Shown here in pieces: positions 1 to 9,736 of a stretch of DNA of 64,000 nucleotides. This stretch comes from an uncultured Candidatus Saccharibacteria bacterium (GTDB lineage: Bacteria; Patescibacteriota; Minisyncoccia; Phycocordibacterales; UBA9973), in NCBI GenBank assembly GCA_964474435.1, contig CAYYSI010000001.1, forward strand, positions 270,835 through 334,834, read 5' to 3'. How positions within the stretch are numbered: position 1 is the stretch's first letter; each line of letters starts with the position of its first letter. The notes beneath the pieces are model-generated. The model did no database searches, was not told the DNA's origin, and saw only the letters and a program-made list of their open reading frames with translations. Made by a program: the position numbers and the translations under genes.

Positions 1-739
1 TAATCGAGTCCATGTGAATTGGACCAAGTGTGTGTTCAGCACTTCCAACAAGCATCAGATCGTCTTCGGGAAACATGTAGTGATCTTCTGGTGTTAAAAA
101 TCGTGCCATTCTGTTTTGCACAGCCGGTCGCACAAACACTGGTGGAATAACTGGAATAAATTCTTTTACAGAAACAGTAACACTTGCCTTTTCTGCGATC
201 GATTGGAGTAATGTTGCATCAGTCAAAATTTTGAAACAATATTGTATGAGCGCAAACTGCATCAACGCAAGATCCCCTTTCAGGTATGCAAAACGTGAGC
301 CAGCAACAGTTGCAGCAGTTTCTGTATCAATAATGCCAAGCGCCACCCCAATTTCGTGGTGATCTTTTGGCGTAAAATCAAACACTGGCTTCTCTCCCCA
401 TGATCGTATGACCACATTTCCAGATTCATCTGGTCCAACTGGAGTATCAAGAGATGGAATATTTGGAACCTTAATCATCAAATCAACAAACTGCTTATCA
501 ATAGTAGTAAAGCGTGACTCTACCTCTTCAAGTGTTTTCTTGAGTTCAGTTCCAGCTACTGCGTCCCGATTTGCAGCAGCAGTATTTCGCTTTGCATTAA
601 TTTCATCAATTTCTTGACGTATTACCTTGCGCTCTTCGGATAGACGAATAAGCTCATCAATATTGACGTTGCGGTTTTTATTTTTACAAGCAGCCTCAAC
701 AACCTCCTTGTTTTCCTTGATGAATTTGATGTCTAACAT
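1..739 (-). CDS. serS: Seryl-tRNA synthetase, N-terminal part (gene continues past the window start)
   Basis: The minus-strand translation from the ATG at 739 reads MLDIKFIKEN...coiled-coil...FDFTPKDHHEIG..GSRFAYLKGDLALMQFAL. This is typical of the SerRS N-terminal arm and core start. The ORF runs off the window edge. Confidence 0.8.
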   Translation of the reverse strand, partial: MLDIKFIKENKEVVEAACKNKNRNVNIDELIRLSEERKVIRQEIDEINAKRNTAAANRDAVAGTELKKTLEEVESRFTTIDKQFVDLMIKVPNIPSLDTPVGPDESGNVVIRSWGEKPVFDFTPKDHHEIGVALGIIDTETAATVAGSRFAYLKGDLALMQFALIQYCFKILTDATLLQSIAEKASVTVSVKEFIPVIPPVFVRPAVQNRMARFLTPEDHYMFPEDDLMLVGSAEHTLGPIHMDSI

Positions 740-781
740 GATCCATAAAATATACCTTATTTTTGGAATTTGTACATAAAT

Positions 782-813
782 AAAAAAGGCTTCACTGAAA
801 TTATGTGAAGCCT
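782..813 (-). terminator. Rho-independent terminator (stem AGGCTTCAC/GTGAAGCCT followed by a T-run on the minus strand)
   Basis: A 9-bp perfect stem with a 9-nt loop, followed by TTTTTT on the minus strand, sits just 3' of the small minus-strand ORF. Confidence 0.5.
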
Positions 814-1001
814 TCTAATGCAGCACGACGTCTTGCCGAATAAGATGCAATAACACCCATAGGTACTTGACCATTATATTGTCTTTTCAAACTATCGAGC
901 TGATTATCGAAGAATTTTTCCATTTCCCCTTTTTTATTAGCTTTTATAGTCCTTGATTTATTAAATGATAAGCCAAGCTGACTAAGTGGTATCTTTGGCA
1001 T
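801..1001 (-). CDS. Hypothetical small basic protein (66 aa)
   Basis: An ORF-track ORF ending in a terminator hairpin. I could not recognise a family. Confidence 0.3.
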   Translation of the reverse strand: MPKIPLSQLGLSFNKSRTIKANKKGEMEKFFDNQLDSLKRQYNGQVPMGVIASYSARRRAALEGFT

Positions 1002-1068
1002 ACTTATATTTTTCTTCTTTATACCATATTTTTATATTTCCATTAACTTTTATTTGTACTATATATTC

Positions 1069-1938
1069 ATGCCCCGATTCCCTATTCACACCATTGATCC
1101 GCTCGAGCCCTTTCCTCAGCTCGCCGAGATTCCCGAGCCGCCCAAATCCTTTTTCATCCGCGGAAATCTTGATCGTATCACTGGCACCAAGCTCATCACG
1201 GTCGTAGGCTCGCGCCGCTATAGCAGCTATGGCAAAGGTGTGTGTGAATCCTTGATCAAAAGTCTCGCAGGGTATCCAGTAACTATTGTATCCGGGCTTG
1301 CACTTGGCATTGATTCGATCGCACATCGCGCCGCCCTTGATGCCGGACTTCCGACCATTGCATTCCCGGGTTCTGGACTTGATTGGAATGTTATCTATCC
1401 CGCTCAACACAAAAGCCTTGCCGAAGAAATCCTTGAAGCAGGCGGCGCGCTCATCTCGGAGTTTCCCAACAACACACGCGGTGCAAACTGGACATTCCCC
1501 CGGCGCAACCGCATCAAGGCCGGACTCTCTGACATGGTCATCATTATAGAAGCCGAAGAAAAGTCTGGCACACTCATCACTGCCCGCCTTGGTAATGAGT
1601 ACAACAAAATCGTCGGTGCAATCCCTGGCCCGATCACTGCGTCGACTTCCAAAGGCACCAACTGGCTGCTTCGTCTCGGTGCGACTCCGATCACCGAAGC
1701 GCGTGACATCCTCGAAGAGCTCGGTCTCGCCGAGAAACTCACTGCAGATATTTCCGAATACCTTATGTTAAATAGTGACGAAGAAAAAGTACTCGCCGCA
1801 CTCAATGAACCCAAAACAAAGGAGCAATTGATGAAAGAGCTCGATCTCGATCCTGTCACGGCAAACATTCTCTTTTCAACACTGGAGATCAAGGGTGCAA
1901 TTACCGAAACACTCGGCTTCGTTGAGCGCGTATTATAG
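1069..1938 (+). CDS. dprA: DNA-processing protein DprA (Smf)
   Basis: Motifs ITVVGSRRYSSYGKG, IVSGLALGIDSIAHRAAL and ISEFP..T.....F.RRNRIIAGLS match the DprA Rossmann-like domain. It lies immediately upstream of topA, the conserved smf-topA arrangement. Confidence 0.85.
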   Translation: MPRFPIHTIDPLEPFPQLAEIPEPPKSFFIRGNLDRITGTKLITVVGSRRYSSYGKGVCESLIKSLAGYPVTIVSGLALGIDSIAHRAALDAGLPTIAFPGSGLDWNVIYPAQHKSLAEEILEAGGALISEFPNNTRGANWTFPRRNRIKAGLSDMVIIIEAEEKSGTLITARLGNEYNKIVGAIPGPITASTSKGTNWLLRLGATPITEARDILEELGLAEKLTADISEYLMLNSDEEKVLAALNEPKTKEQLMKELDLDPVTANILFSTLEIKGAITETLGFVERVL

Positions 1939-1989
1939 TGCAAAAGTTTGCTAAATAAATCTCTCCATGGTACTACTGCTCTATCTCAT

Positions 1990-4278
1990 ATGAAATTATT
2001 AATTGTTGAATCCCCTTCAAAAGCAAAGACGATTGAGAAATATCTCGACGGCGCATATACCGTGCGTGCATCTGTCGGACACATTCGCGATTTGCCCAAA
2101 TCCAATAAAAAAGCCATCGACATTGCTGCAGGCTTTGTCCCACAATATGAAATTTCCAAAGGCAAGGAACATGTCGTCGACGAACTCCGTGGGCTCGCAC
2201 ACTCTGCAAAAGAAATTGTATTGGCTACTGACCCGGACCGCGAAGGAGAAGCAATCGCATGGCATATCGAAGAGCTCTTGAAGCAAGACAAAAAAGTCAC
2301 CGCACCCATTTCTCGCGTGACATTTAATGAGATCACCAAGGAAGCAATTACCGAAGCGTTGACGCATCCTCGCGATGTCGATACAAACCTCCGCAAAGCT
2401 CAAGAAGCGCGCCGCGTCCTCGATCGCCTCGTCGGATACGACCTCTCCGGTATCATTTGGAAAAAGGTGCGCTACGGTCTCTCTGCAGGTCGTGTGCAAT
2501 CCCCGGCTCTCCGCATCCTCGTCGAGCGTGAACGCGAGATCAAGGCATTCATTCCCGAAACATACTGGGCACTCCTTGGCAATTTCAAAACGCAGAAAAA
2601 TGTTGCAATCACACTCACCTGTACCGAAGAACCTCGTGACCGAAAAGAGGTTGAGCGTATCCTCGAGATTGGAAACAAAGAAGACTGGAAGGTCAAAGAT
2701 ATAAAGGAGAGTGAACAAAAGCGTTCTCCTCGCGCGCCATTTACGACGTCTACACTGCAGCAAGCAGCATCATCTCGCCTCGGCTTCTCTCCAAGTCGCA
2801 CGATGCAAGTCGCCCAGAAACTGTACGAAGCGGGACACATTTCATATATGCGTACTGACTCTACGACACTCTCTGCGGTTGCCGTTGCGGCCATCTCTAC
2901 TATTGTCGAGAAAAAGTATGGCAAGGAGTACCTCGAAAACCGCACATACAAAACCAAGGCAAAAAATGCCCAAGAAGCACACGAAGCAATCCGCCCAACG
3001 CATGTCGAAAAGATAAATGCCGGAAATAATGAAGAACAAAAGAAGCTCTATGCACTCATCTGGGAACGCACTGTTGCCTCACAAATGGCCGATGCCAAGC
3101 TTTTGAAGACTCGCATCGTTGCAAACGTCACTTCTGATTCCATTCCTGATTTCACTGTCACTGGCAGCCAAGTCCTCTTCCCAGGATGGCTCATTGCCGA
3201 CCCCGATGCGCGCGGTGAAGACGTCGAACTCCCTGCGGTTAGCCAAGGCGAAGCATTGCAATTGATCGACCTCGTCGATACCGAAAAGCAAACTGAGCCA
3301 CCAAATCGTTATTCTGAAGCAGGCCTTGTGAAAGAGCTTGAGGCTCGCGGCATTGGTCGCCCATCCACCTACGCTGCCATCATCCGCACGATCGAAGAGC
3401 GCGGCTATATCGAAAAGCTCGGCCGGTCTCTAAAGCCTACCGACACTGGTGAAGTCGTCTCTACATTCCTCGAACAAAATTTCATGGAATATATTTCTGA
3501 TACCTTCACCGCCGAAATGGAAAACAACCTCGACGATATCGCATCTGGTGACAAAGAGTACGTAAAGACGCTCAAAGATTTCTACGGACCATTTAGCAAA
3601 GAAGTAAAAGAAAAAGACAAGCTCGACAAAGCAACAGTGCTCGAAGTCGCCGACGCAAAGTTCAAATGTCCAAAGTGTGGCTCTGGCATGCTCGTCAAAC
3701 TCGGTCGTGGTGGCAAATTCCTCTCGTGCGACCGATACCCAGACTGTGATGGTGCACTCATGCTCGATGGTACTGAGATCAAAAAAGATGAGCCGATCGG
3801 AGTTGACCCAGAAACCAATCTCCCAATCTTTGTCCTCGTGGGACGGTTTGGTCCGTATGTCCAGCTCGGCGAACGCGCTGCCAAAAAAGTAGCAACCAAA
3901 GCTGCACGCGACAAAAACGGCAAACTCATCAAGAAAACTCCCGAAGAAAAACTCGCTGCAAAACTAGAAAAAGAAAAACAAAAAGCAATGTCCAAGCCAA
4001 AAATGGCAAGTATTCCAAAAGAAATTGATCCAAGCACGGTCACACTTGCTATGGCGCTCCATTATCTCGCACTTCCCCGCACACTCGGCACACATCCGAC
4101 AGACGGCAAACCTATCATCGCAAACATCGGACGCTTCGGCCCATACGTCGGCCACGAACGCAACTTCCGCTCTATCAAGAAACCGCTTGATCCCTACACC
4201 ATCACCCTCGACCAAGCACTTGAACTATTGGCACAAGAAAAGAAACCACGAGGATTCCAAAAGAAAAAGAAGGAATAG
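1990..4278 (+). CDS. topA: DNA topoisomerase I
   Basis: The N-terminus MKLLIVESPSKAKTIEKYL is a Toprim domain. The type IA core is present, as are C-terminal zinc ribbons (CPKCGSGMLVKLGRGGKFLSCDRYPDC) and repeated GRFGPYV motifs. Confidence 0.9.
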   Translation: MKLLIVESPSKAKTIEKYLDGAYTVRASVGHIRDLPKSNKKAIDIAAGFVPQYEISKGKEHVVDELRGLAHSAKEIVLATDPDREGEAIAWHIEELLKQDKKVTAPISRVTFNEITKEAITEALTHPRDVDTNLRKAQEARRVLDRLVGYDLSGIIWKKVRYGLSAGRVQSPALRILVEREREIKAFIPETYWALLGNFKTQKNVAITLTCTEEPRDRKEVERILEIGNKEDWKVKDIKESEQKRSPRAPFTTSTLQQAASSRLGFSPSRTMQVAQKLYEAGHISYMRTDSTTLSAVAVAAISTIVEKKYGKEYLENRTYKTKAKNAQEAHEAIRPTHVEKINAGNNEEQKKLYALIWERTVASQMADAKLLKTRIVANVTSDSIPDFTVTGSQVLFPGWLIADPDARGEDVELPAVSQGEALQLIDLVDTEKQTEPPNRYSEAGLVKELEARGIGRPSTYAAIIRTIEERGYIEKLGRSLKPTDTGEVVSTFLEQNFMEYISDTFTAEMENNLDDIASGDKEYVKTLKDFYGPFSKEVKEKDKLDKATVLEVADAKFKCPKCGSGMLVKLGRGGKFLSCDRYPDCDGALMLDGTEIKKDEPIGVDPETNLPIFVLVGRFGPYVQLGERAAKKVATKAARDKNGKLIKKTPEEKLAAKLEKEKQKAMSKPKMASIPKEIDPSTVTLAMALHYLALPRTLGTHPTDGKPIIANIGRFGPYVGHERNFRSIKKPLDPYTITLDQALELLAQEKKPRGFQKKKKE

Positions 4279-4309
4279 AAAAAATCAGGAAATACTGTAG
4301 TATGAGATT

Positions 4310-5770
4310 ATGGACCTCAATTCCCTTTTCTCTCTCATTCAATACCCTCTTTCTCCGGAGGACAAAGCCCTCATTACAACTGCGTTTGAATTCTCACAAA
4401 AAAAGCATGATGGGCAGACACGCAACTCTGGTGAGCCATACATGACACACGCGCTTGCCGTCGCCCAAAACTGTGCAATCTTTGGGATGGATGTCGAAAC
4501 GATTGTGGGGGGACTACTCCATGACGTTCTCGAGGACACGGACACAACTGAGGCAGAGATCGAAGAACTCTTTGGTGCGCAAATTTTGTTCCTAGTCAAA
4601 GGTGTCACCAAACTCGGCAAGGTCAAATACCGTGGCCAAGAACGCCACGTCGAAAGTATGCGCAAATTCTTTGTGGCGATGGCCGAAGACATCCGCGTCC
4701 TCATCATCAAACTCGCCGATCGCCTGCACAATGTATCTACTCTCGAACACGTGCGCCCTGATAAACAAAAGCGTATCGCACTCGAAACCATCGAAGTCCA
4801 TGCGGCACTTGCAGGCCGCATGGGTATGGAGAAACTGAAGGGCCAGCTCGAAGACCTGTCTTTCCCCTTTGCGTTCCCCAAAGAATACGCTGCCACCAAA
4901 AAGATCATGGACTCCATCGTCCCCGAATCCCAAAAAGTAATCGAGCAAGTGCACACCGTTGTCGAAAAGACACTTGCTGATTTCAATCTCACTTCATCAT
5001 CCGTGAGCTCTCGTATCAAACACACGTACAGCACGTACCGCAAACTTGTGAAATATAATATGAACCCCGAGCAGGTCTACGATATCGTCGCGCTTCGCGT
5101 GATCACACCAACTGTCACTGACTGCTATCAAATCCTCGGACTCATCCACATGCTCTGGAAACCAATCCCAAAACGTATCAAGGACTTCATCGCGCTCCCC
5201 AAAACCAATGGCTACCAATCCCTCCACACCACTGTCATCACTGATGAAGGTATTGTTGAAATACAAATTCGTACTGAGCAAATGCATCATGAAGCAGAGC
5301 TCGGTATTGCGTCCCACTTTTTGTACAAAGAAAATACTGCAGGCAAAGGCCCGATCCCTAGCAAAAAGCTCGCCTGGCTCGACGAACTCAAAGAGCTCCA
5401 TACTGTTGTGCAAAATCCAAGTCGCTTTATCGAGCAACTGCGGATGGATTTCTTCAAGGACCGTATCTTTGTCTTTTCTCCCAAAGGTGATGTGATCGAG
5501 CTCCCGGATGATGCATGTCCGATCGACTTTGCATTTGCTATTCACTCAGACATCGGTAGTAGTACGAGCTCTGCACGCATCAATGGCAAGATGGCGCCAC
5601 TCCATGCCAAGCTCAGCAACGGCGACGTCGTCGAGATCCTCACGAGCAAGACTGCAAAGCCAAGCAGCAAGTGGCTCGACTATGCCAAGACATCATTTGC
5701 CCGCAAAAAAATCCGCCACTACATCGAAGAGCACGGCGGACTATTGCAGAAATTCTTATTGAAGGAGTAA
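4310..5770 (+). CDS. rel: Short RelA/SpoT homolog, a (p)ppGpp synthetase/hydrolase (HD + synthetase + TGS, with no ACT domain)
   Basis: There is an HD-domain motif (HDVLEDT), the RelA_SpoT synthetase core (YQSLHTTVI..EIQIRT) and a TGS-like C-terminus (IFVFSPKGDVIELP). At 486 aa it is a reduced-genome short form. Confidence 0.8.
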   Translation: MDLNSLFSLIQYPLSPEDKALITTAFEFSQKKHDGQTRNSGEPYMTHALAVAQNCAIFGMDVETIVGGLLHDVLEDTDTTEAEIEELFGAQILFLVKGVTKLGKVKYRGQERHVESMRKFFVAMAEDIRVLIIKLADRLHNVSTLEHVRPDKQKRIALETIEVHAALAGRMGMEKLKGQLEDLSFPFAFPKEYAATKKIMDSIVPESQKVIEQVHTVVEKTLADFNLTSSSVSSRIKHTYSTYRKLVKYNMNPEQVYDIVALRVITPTVTDCYQILGLIHMLWKPIPKRIKDFIALPKTNGYQSLHTTVITDEGIVEIQIRTEQMHHEAELGIASHFLYKENTAGKGPIPSKKLAWLDELKELHTVVQNPSRFIEQLRMDFFKDRIFVFSPKGDVIELPDDACPIDFAFAIHSDIGSSTSSARINGKMAPLHAKLSNGDVVEILTSKTAKPSSKWLDYAKTSFARKKIRHYIEEHGGLLQKFLLKE

Positions 5771-5885
5771 GTGGACGGACAAAAGAAATGAGAAAAGCCT
5801 GGGGAGGAGCGGTCTGGCGACGGACCGAGAAATTTTTCAGCAGGAAAATTTCGTGCTTTTCGAGTTCTTTTGGCCGGAAACGTAT

Positions 5886-6842
5886 CTATAAAGAAAAGTT
5901 TTTGATATTGTACAAATCCTCAATATCTTCTTCGGATTGCACAACTTCTTGTTTGTCTCTGTCATCGAGCATGTTTACCTCTTCTTTAGTTACTGCAACA
6001 GGGATAGGAGTCTCGCTTATTTGCATACTGAGCACTTGCATGATCGTATCGAGATCAGATGGAGAAAAATAGTCGATGGTGATCTTGCCTCCCTGCTCAC
6101 GCGGCTCGATGTGCACGCGCGTCCCGAGGGACTCCTGCAGCTTTTGTTCGAACTCCTTGAGTTCGCCATCAGGTAGCAACTCTTTCTTGCGGACTTTGTC
6201 CACGGCAATACGTCGTGCAATACGCTCTGCTTCTCGGACAGAGATCTTGCGCACGGTGATTTCTTTGAACAATGTTGTTTGTTCTTCTGGTCTATCTTTC
6301 AACATCATCAGCGGTCGAGTGTGGCCTTCGTTGATCTGACCAGCAGAGAGAGCGTTGAGGATATCTTCGGGAAGCATGAGTATGCGAATGGTATTTGCCA
6401 CAAACTCACGACTCTTGCCCACCTTGTGCCCGATCTGTGTATGGGTCAGTTTAAATTCTTCCATCAGTCTCTGAAATGCTCGCGCACGCTCAACTGCATT
6501 GATGTCTTCGCGTTGGAGGTTCTCGATGATGGCAAGTTCGAGCTTCATGAGTGCATCGTCTCCGGTACGAATGAGGGCTGGCACTTGTGAGAGCCCAGCG
6601 AGTTTCGATGCGCGCAGTCGGCGCTCTCCGGCAATGAGTTCGTATTCTGTTACAAGACCACCATCAGGTGTTTCCTTTTCGATACGTGATACTACGAGCG
6701 GCTGAAGGATGCCGTATTGGCGAATGGACTCTGCGAGGTCGCGCAGTGGTGCTTCTTCGAACTCACGACGCGTTTGGTATGGATTGGGAGCAATCTTGTC
6801 GACATCGATAAAGAAAATGGAGTTGGTGATCACTTCTGACAT
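5886..6842 (-). CDS. parB: Chromosome partitioning protein ParB/Spo0J
   Basis: The ParB box (IAPNPYQTRREF..GILQPLVV..YELIAGERRLRA) and an HTH region are present. Confidence 0.85.
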   Translation of the reverse strand: MSEVITNSIFFIDVDKIAPNPYQTRREFEEAPLRDLAESIRQYGILQPLVVSRIEKETPDGGLVTEYELIAGERRLRASKLAGLSQVPALIRTGDDALMKLELAIIENLQREDINAVERARAFQRLMEEFKLTHTQIGHKVGKSREFVANTIRILMLPEDILNALSAGQINEGHTRPLMMLKDRPEEQTTLFKEITVRKISVREAERIARRIAVDKVRKKELLPDGELKEFEQKLQESLGTRVHIEPREQGGKITIDYFSPSDLDTIMQVLSMQISETPIPVAVTKEEVNMLDDRDKQEVVQSEEDIEDLYNIKNFSL

Positions 6843-6918
6843 GCAACGATTTTAGCACAGAACACAATCTCAACGAAAATTGATTTATTCCCTTTTTTGA
6901 CGTACGATAACGAAATTG

Positions 6919-7002
6919 CCGGTGTGGCGGAATGGTAGACGCGTTCGACTCAAAATCGAATATTCGCAAGGATGTGGAGGTTCGAGTCCTCTCTCCGGCA
7001 CA
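6919..7002 (+). tRNA. tRNA-Leu (anticodon CAA), class II with a long variable arm
   Basis: Cloverleaf drawn by eye: acceptor GCCGGTG/CTCCGGC with one mismatch, anticodon stem-loop TTCGA-CTCAAAA-TCGAA, T-arm GGAGG-TTCGAGT-CCTCT. CCA is not encoded. Confidence 0.8.
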
Positions 7003-7007
7003 ATTGT

Positions 7008-7829
7008 ATGCAAAAAATCATCGTCGTATGTGGCCCCACTGCAACGGGCAAATCTGATTATGCAGTCGCACTCGCCCAAAAAATAAATGGTGAGATTGTT
7101 TCTGCTGACTCACGACAAGTCTACACGGGACTTGATATTGGTTCTGGCAAAATCACACAGCGTGAGATGAAGCGTATCCCCCACCATCTCCTCGACGTCG
7201 CAAACCCCAAGCGCGTATTTTCTGTCGCTCAGTACAAACGCCTCGCAGACAAAGCAATCAAAGATATGTTGAAACGCGGCAAGACACCGATCGTTTGTGG
7301 TGGCACAGGTTTCTACATCGATGCGATTGTCTATGATCAAAACCTGCCCGAAGTGAAACCAGATTATGCATTACGGAAACAACTCGAGAAACTTTCAACC
7401 GAAGAACTTGCAAACAAATTGGAGATTCTTGATGTAGAACGATTTGAGACGATCGATACGAAAAATAGAGTACGTCTCATCCGTGCCATGGAGATCGCAA
7501 CCGCACTTGGCAAGGTTCCTAAAACTACGCGTATCAAAAAGTATGACGTCGAATGGCATTATCTGGACTTCCCTGACGACGTATTAAAAAAGAGGATCCA
7601 TGATCGCCTCCTCAAACGTATGAAAGATGGCATGGTTGCTGAAGTAAAACGATTGCATGCAGAAGGAATCTCTTGGAAACGACTCGAATCCCTTGGACTT
7701 GAATATCGCTACCTCGCACTCTATGTGCAAAACAAACTTTCTAAGGCCGACATGCTCACCCAACTCGAACTCGCCATTTGGCACTATGCGAAGCGCCAGC
7801 GCACATGGTTCAAGAAATATGCCGTATAA
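7008..7829 (+). CDS. miaA: tRNA dimethylallyltransferase
   Basis: The P-loop MQKIIVVCGPTATGKS is present, with a SADSRQVY..GLDIG motif. The start at 7008 is chosen to avoid overlap with the tRNA. Confidence 0.85.
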   Translation: MQKIIVVCGPTATGKSDYAVALAQKINGEIVSADSRQVYTGLDIGSGKITQREMKRIPHHLLDVANPKRVFSVAQYKRLADKAIKDMLKRGKTPIVCGGTGFYIDAIVYDQNLPEVKPDYALRKQLEKLSTEELANKLEILDVERFETIDTKNRVRLIRAMEIATALGKVPKTTRIKKYDVEWHYLDFPDDVLKKRIHDRLLKRMKDGMVAEVKRLHAEGISWKRLESLGLEYRYLALYVQNKLSKADMLTQLELAIWHYAKRQRTWFKKYAV

Positions 7830-8340
7830 AAAAGTCCCAACAACATTTTTTAACCGCTCGGCAGTTATTGTCGCAAAGGAGTTGATTGGGTGTGTACTCG
7901 TCAGAAAGTCTGGTGCACAAGTAGAAAGATATGTGATCACGGAAACAGAAGCCTACGAAGGTCCCTATGACCAAGCAAGTCACGCATTTCGAGGACGCAC
8001 ACCACGCAGCGAAGTCATGTTTGGCAAACCTGGCATCATCTATGTGTATTTGATATACGGCATGCACTACATGCTCAACATCGTGACGGGCAAGAAGGAC
8101 CACCCTGGAGCTGTGCTCATTCGCGGAGTCAGCGGGTATGCCGGGCCCGGCAAAGTGACCAAGCTCTTACATATCGACAAAACATTGAATACGAAGCCTC
8201 TCGGTACTACAACCCATCTCTGGATTGAATTCCCTCCTACACCATTCTCTCAAAAAATACTCCGCACTCCCCGCATCGGTATCGACTACGCAGGAGACGT
8301 CTGGAAAAACAAAAAATATAGGTTTGCGCTTTCTCAATAG
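7819..8340 (+). CDS. mpg: DNA-3-methyladenine glycosylase (Mpg/AAG family)
   Basis: FFNRSAVIVAKELIGCVL...ITETEAYEGPYDQASHA..GRTPR...IYVYLIYGMHYMLNIV matches the AAG-family fold consensus. It overlaps the end of miaA by 11 nt. Confidence 0.75.
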   Translation: MPYKKVPTTFFNRSAVIVAKELIGCVLVRKSGAQVERYVITETEAYEGPYDQASHAFRGRTPRSEVMFGKPGIIYVYLIYGMHYMLNIVTGKKDHPGAVLIRGVSGYAGPGKVTKLLHIDKTLNTKPLGTTTHLWIEFPPTPFSQKILRTPRIGIDYAGDVWKNKKYRFALSQ

Positions 8341-8369
8341 TACCTTCTTGTGTTTCTATATAAAATCGG

Positions 8370-8440
8370 CGGGCGATGAAGGAATCGAACCCTCACCAAA
8401 GGTTTTGGAGACCTTCGTTCTACCACTAAACTAATCGCCC
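8370..8440 (-). tRNA. tRNA-Trp (anticodon CCA)
   Basis: The reverse complement is GGGCGATTAGTTTAGTGGTAGAACGAAGGTCTCCAAAACCTTTGGTGAGGGTTCGATTCCTTCATCGCCCG. It gives a full cloverleaf, with an anticodon loop CTCCAAA. Confidence 0.85.
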
Positions 8441-8470
8441 TTTTAAAATCGAACTTCCACACTATACCAA

Positions 8471-8493
8471 AATAGCCCCGATTGGGCTATTTG
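8471..8493 (-). terminator. Hairpin ATAGCCC-CGATT-GGGCTAT followed by a T-run on the minus strand, just downstream of rpmG
   Basis: Seen directly in the sequence, 3' of the rpmG stop. Confidence 0.4.
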
Positions 8494-8496
8494 TCT

Positions 8497-8653
8497 TATT
8501 TCTTTGATTCCTTAAAGGTGATGACCTTGCGGAGCTTCTTTGAGTACTTCTTGAATTCAAGCTTGATACCAGCAAGCTTTTTCTTGTTCTTGCTTGACCA
8601 GTATGTTTCGCCGGTTTCCTTATTGGTTAATTTTACGAGATTTTGTTGTGGCA
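8497..8653 (-). CDS. rpmG: 50S ribosomal protein L33 (Cys-less form, 52 aa)
   Basis: The minus-strand translation is MPQQNLVKLTNKETGETYWSSKNKKKLAGIKLEFKKYSKKLRKVITFKESKK. It follows the L33 pattern (..K...TG..Y.T.KNK......L.L.KY.....K...ET). It is below the ORF-track length cutoff and sits next to tRNA-Trp, as in many bacteria. Confidence 0.65.
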
Positions 8654-8767
8654 TAGTGCGGAAACTGTATCACGGAGAGGGTTTTTTGGCAATTCCCTAT
8701 TTATTGACTTTATTGTTAAATATGCTATAGTAATTAAAAATCAATATTAACCTCAAAACAAACTATC

Positions 8768-9208
8768 ATGTTTCAGCCGTTCTTTTTATCCAGAAATAAA
8801 CTTCACAAAATTGCAGAGCTTTTCTCCGAAGAGCCTTACAAAAGTGCGAAAGCAGAATTCTTTCCCGGAGTTTTAGCTATCGATTTTATAGAACCGGAAT
8901 TATTAGAATTAATTCCCTGTAAAAGACCCCTTACTGTATTTGAGAATGTGATTCCTTTTGATGTGCAGTCATTATCTTCTGCGCTTACTCGTCATGCAAA
9001 TGTGAGGAAATATATCTTCACACTTGCACATGAGTACCATGGAAATCCGATTACACTTTTTTGTAGCGGGAGTAAAATACTAGGAGAAATCCCATTTCTT
9101 AAGCTACCTCCCACTACCATGAGTACTACTCAGATCGGATTGATCGATAATGATTACGATGGATCAATGGAGAATACCTTTCAACTGGTATATAGAATTG
9201 CTTCATAG
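8768..9208 (+). CDS. Hypothetical protein (146 aa)
   Basis: An ORF-track ORF preceded by a TTGACT-N16-TATAGT promoter. No family recognised. Confidence 0.4.
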   Translation: MFQPFFLSRNKLHKIAELFSEEPYKSAKAEFFPGVLAIDFIEPELLELIPCKRPLTVFENVIPFDVQSLSSALTRHANVRKYIFTLAHEYHGNPITLFCSGSKILGEIPFLKLPPTTMSTTQIGLIDNDYDGSMENTFQLVYRIAS

Positions 9209-9287
9209 GTTACAAAAGAAAGTTCCCTGATAATAATCAGGGACTTTTTATTTGCCCATACCATCACTATCGTGTTACAACATACAC

Positions 9288-9686
9288 ATGAAAGACTCTA
9301 TGGAACGCAATAAAATAAAACTCGAGCGCGGGGCAGCTGTTGCAACCAAGTGGATTGGCTCTACCGCTTCCCTGGTGACGCATACCGTATTGTTTGTCGC
9401 TGCATTCATTGTACCGATCTTTGGTGTGCCATTTGACCGCGTATTGCTCGTACTCACGACTGTCGTTTCGCTTGAGGCAATATATCTCTCTATTTTTATA
9501 CAAATGTCCGTGAACAAAAACACGCAGGATATCGAAATCATCCAAGAAGATGTTGAAGAGATTCAGGAAGACGTGGAAGAAATCGAAAAAGACGTTGATG
9601 AGATCCAAAAGGATGTGGACGAGATTCAGGAAGACGTTGATGAGATCCAGGAAGATATCGAAGAAATTGAGGAATTGAAGAAATAA
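9288..9686 (+). CDS. DUF1003-like two-TM membrane protein with an acidic heptad-repeat C-terminal tail
   Basis: It has two hydrophobic helices flanking PFDRVLLVLTTVVSLEAIYLSIFIQMS. The C-terminus is (E/Q)(D)(V/I)(E/D)EI(Q/E/K) x7. Confidence 0.5.
   Translation: MKDSMERNKIKLERGAAVATKWIGSTASLVTHTVLFVAAFIVPIFGVPFDRVLLVLTTVVSLEAIYLSIFIQMSVNKNTQDIEIIQEDVEEIQEDVEEIEKDVDEIQKDVDEIQEDVDEIQEDIEEIEELKK
9525..9671 (+). repeat. Seven tandem 21-bp coding repeats (consensus GAAGA(C/T)GTTGA(A/T)GAGAT(C/T)CAG)
   Basis: Direct repeats with a 21-nt period are read from the sequence. They encode EDV(E/D)EIQ heptads. Confidence 0.85.
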
Positions 9687-9736
9687 AAAACTCCGAATGA
9701 ATATCGAAGTTTAATGGGCGATTGTGCTTGCGGAGG

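Noticed and set aside
6972-7007. Upstream extension of the miaA ORF to 6972
   Set aside because: It would overlap the tRNA-Leu(CAA) gene. The P-loop lies right after the internal Met at 7008.
8225-8434. 69-aa ORF overlapping tRNA-Trp
   Set aside because: It overlaps the mpg 3' end and the tRNA-Trp gene. It has no coding features.
9525-9671. CRISPR-like array suspicion from the regular 21-bp direct repeats
   Set aside because: The repeats are contiguous with no spacers, in-frame, and inside a CDS. No cas genes are in the window.
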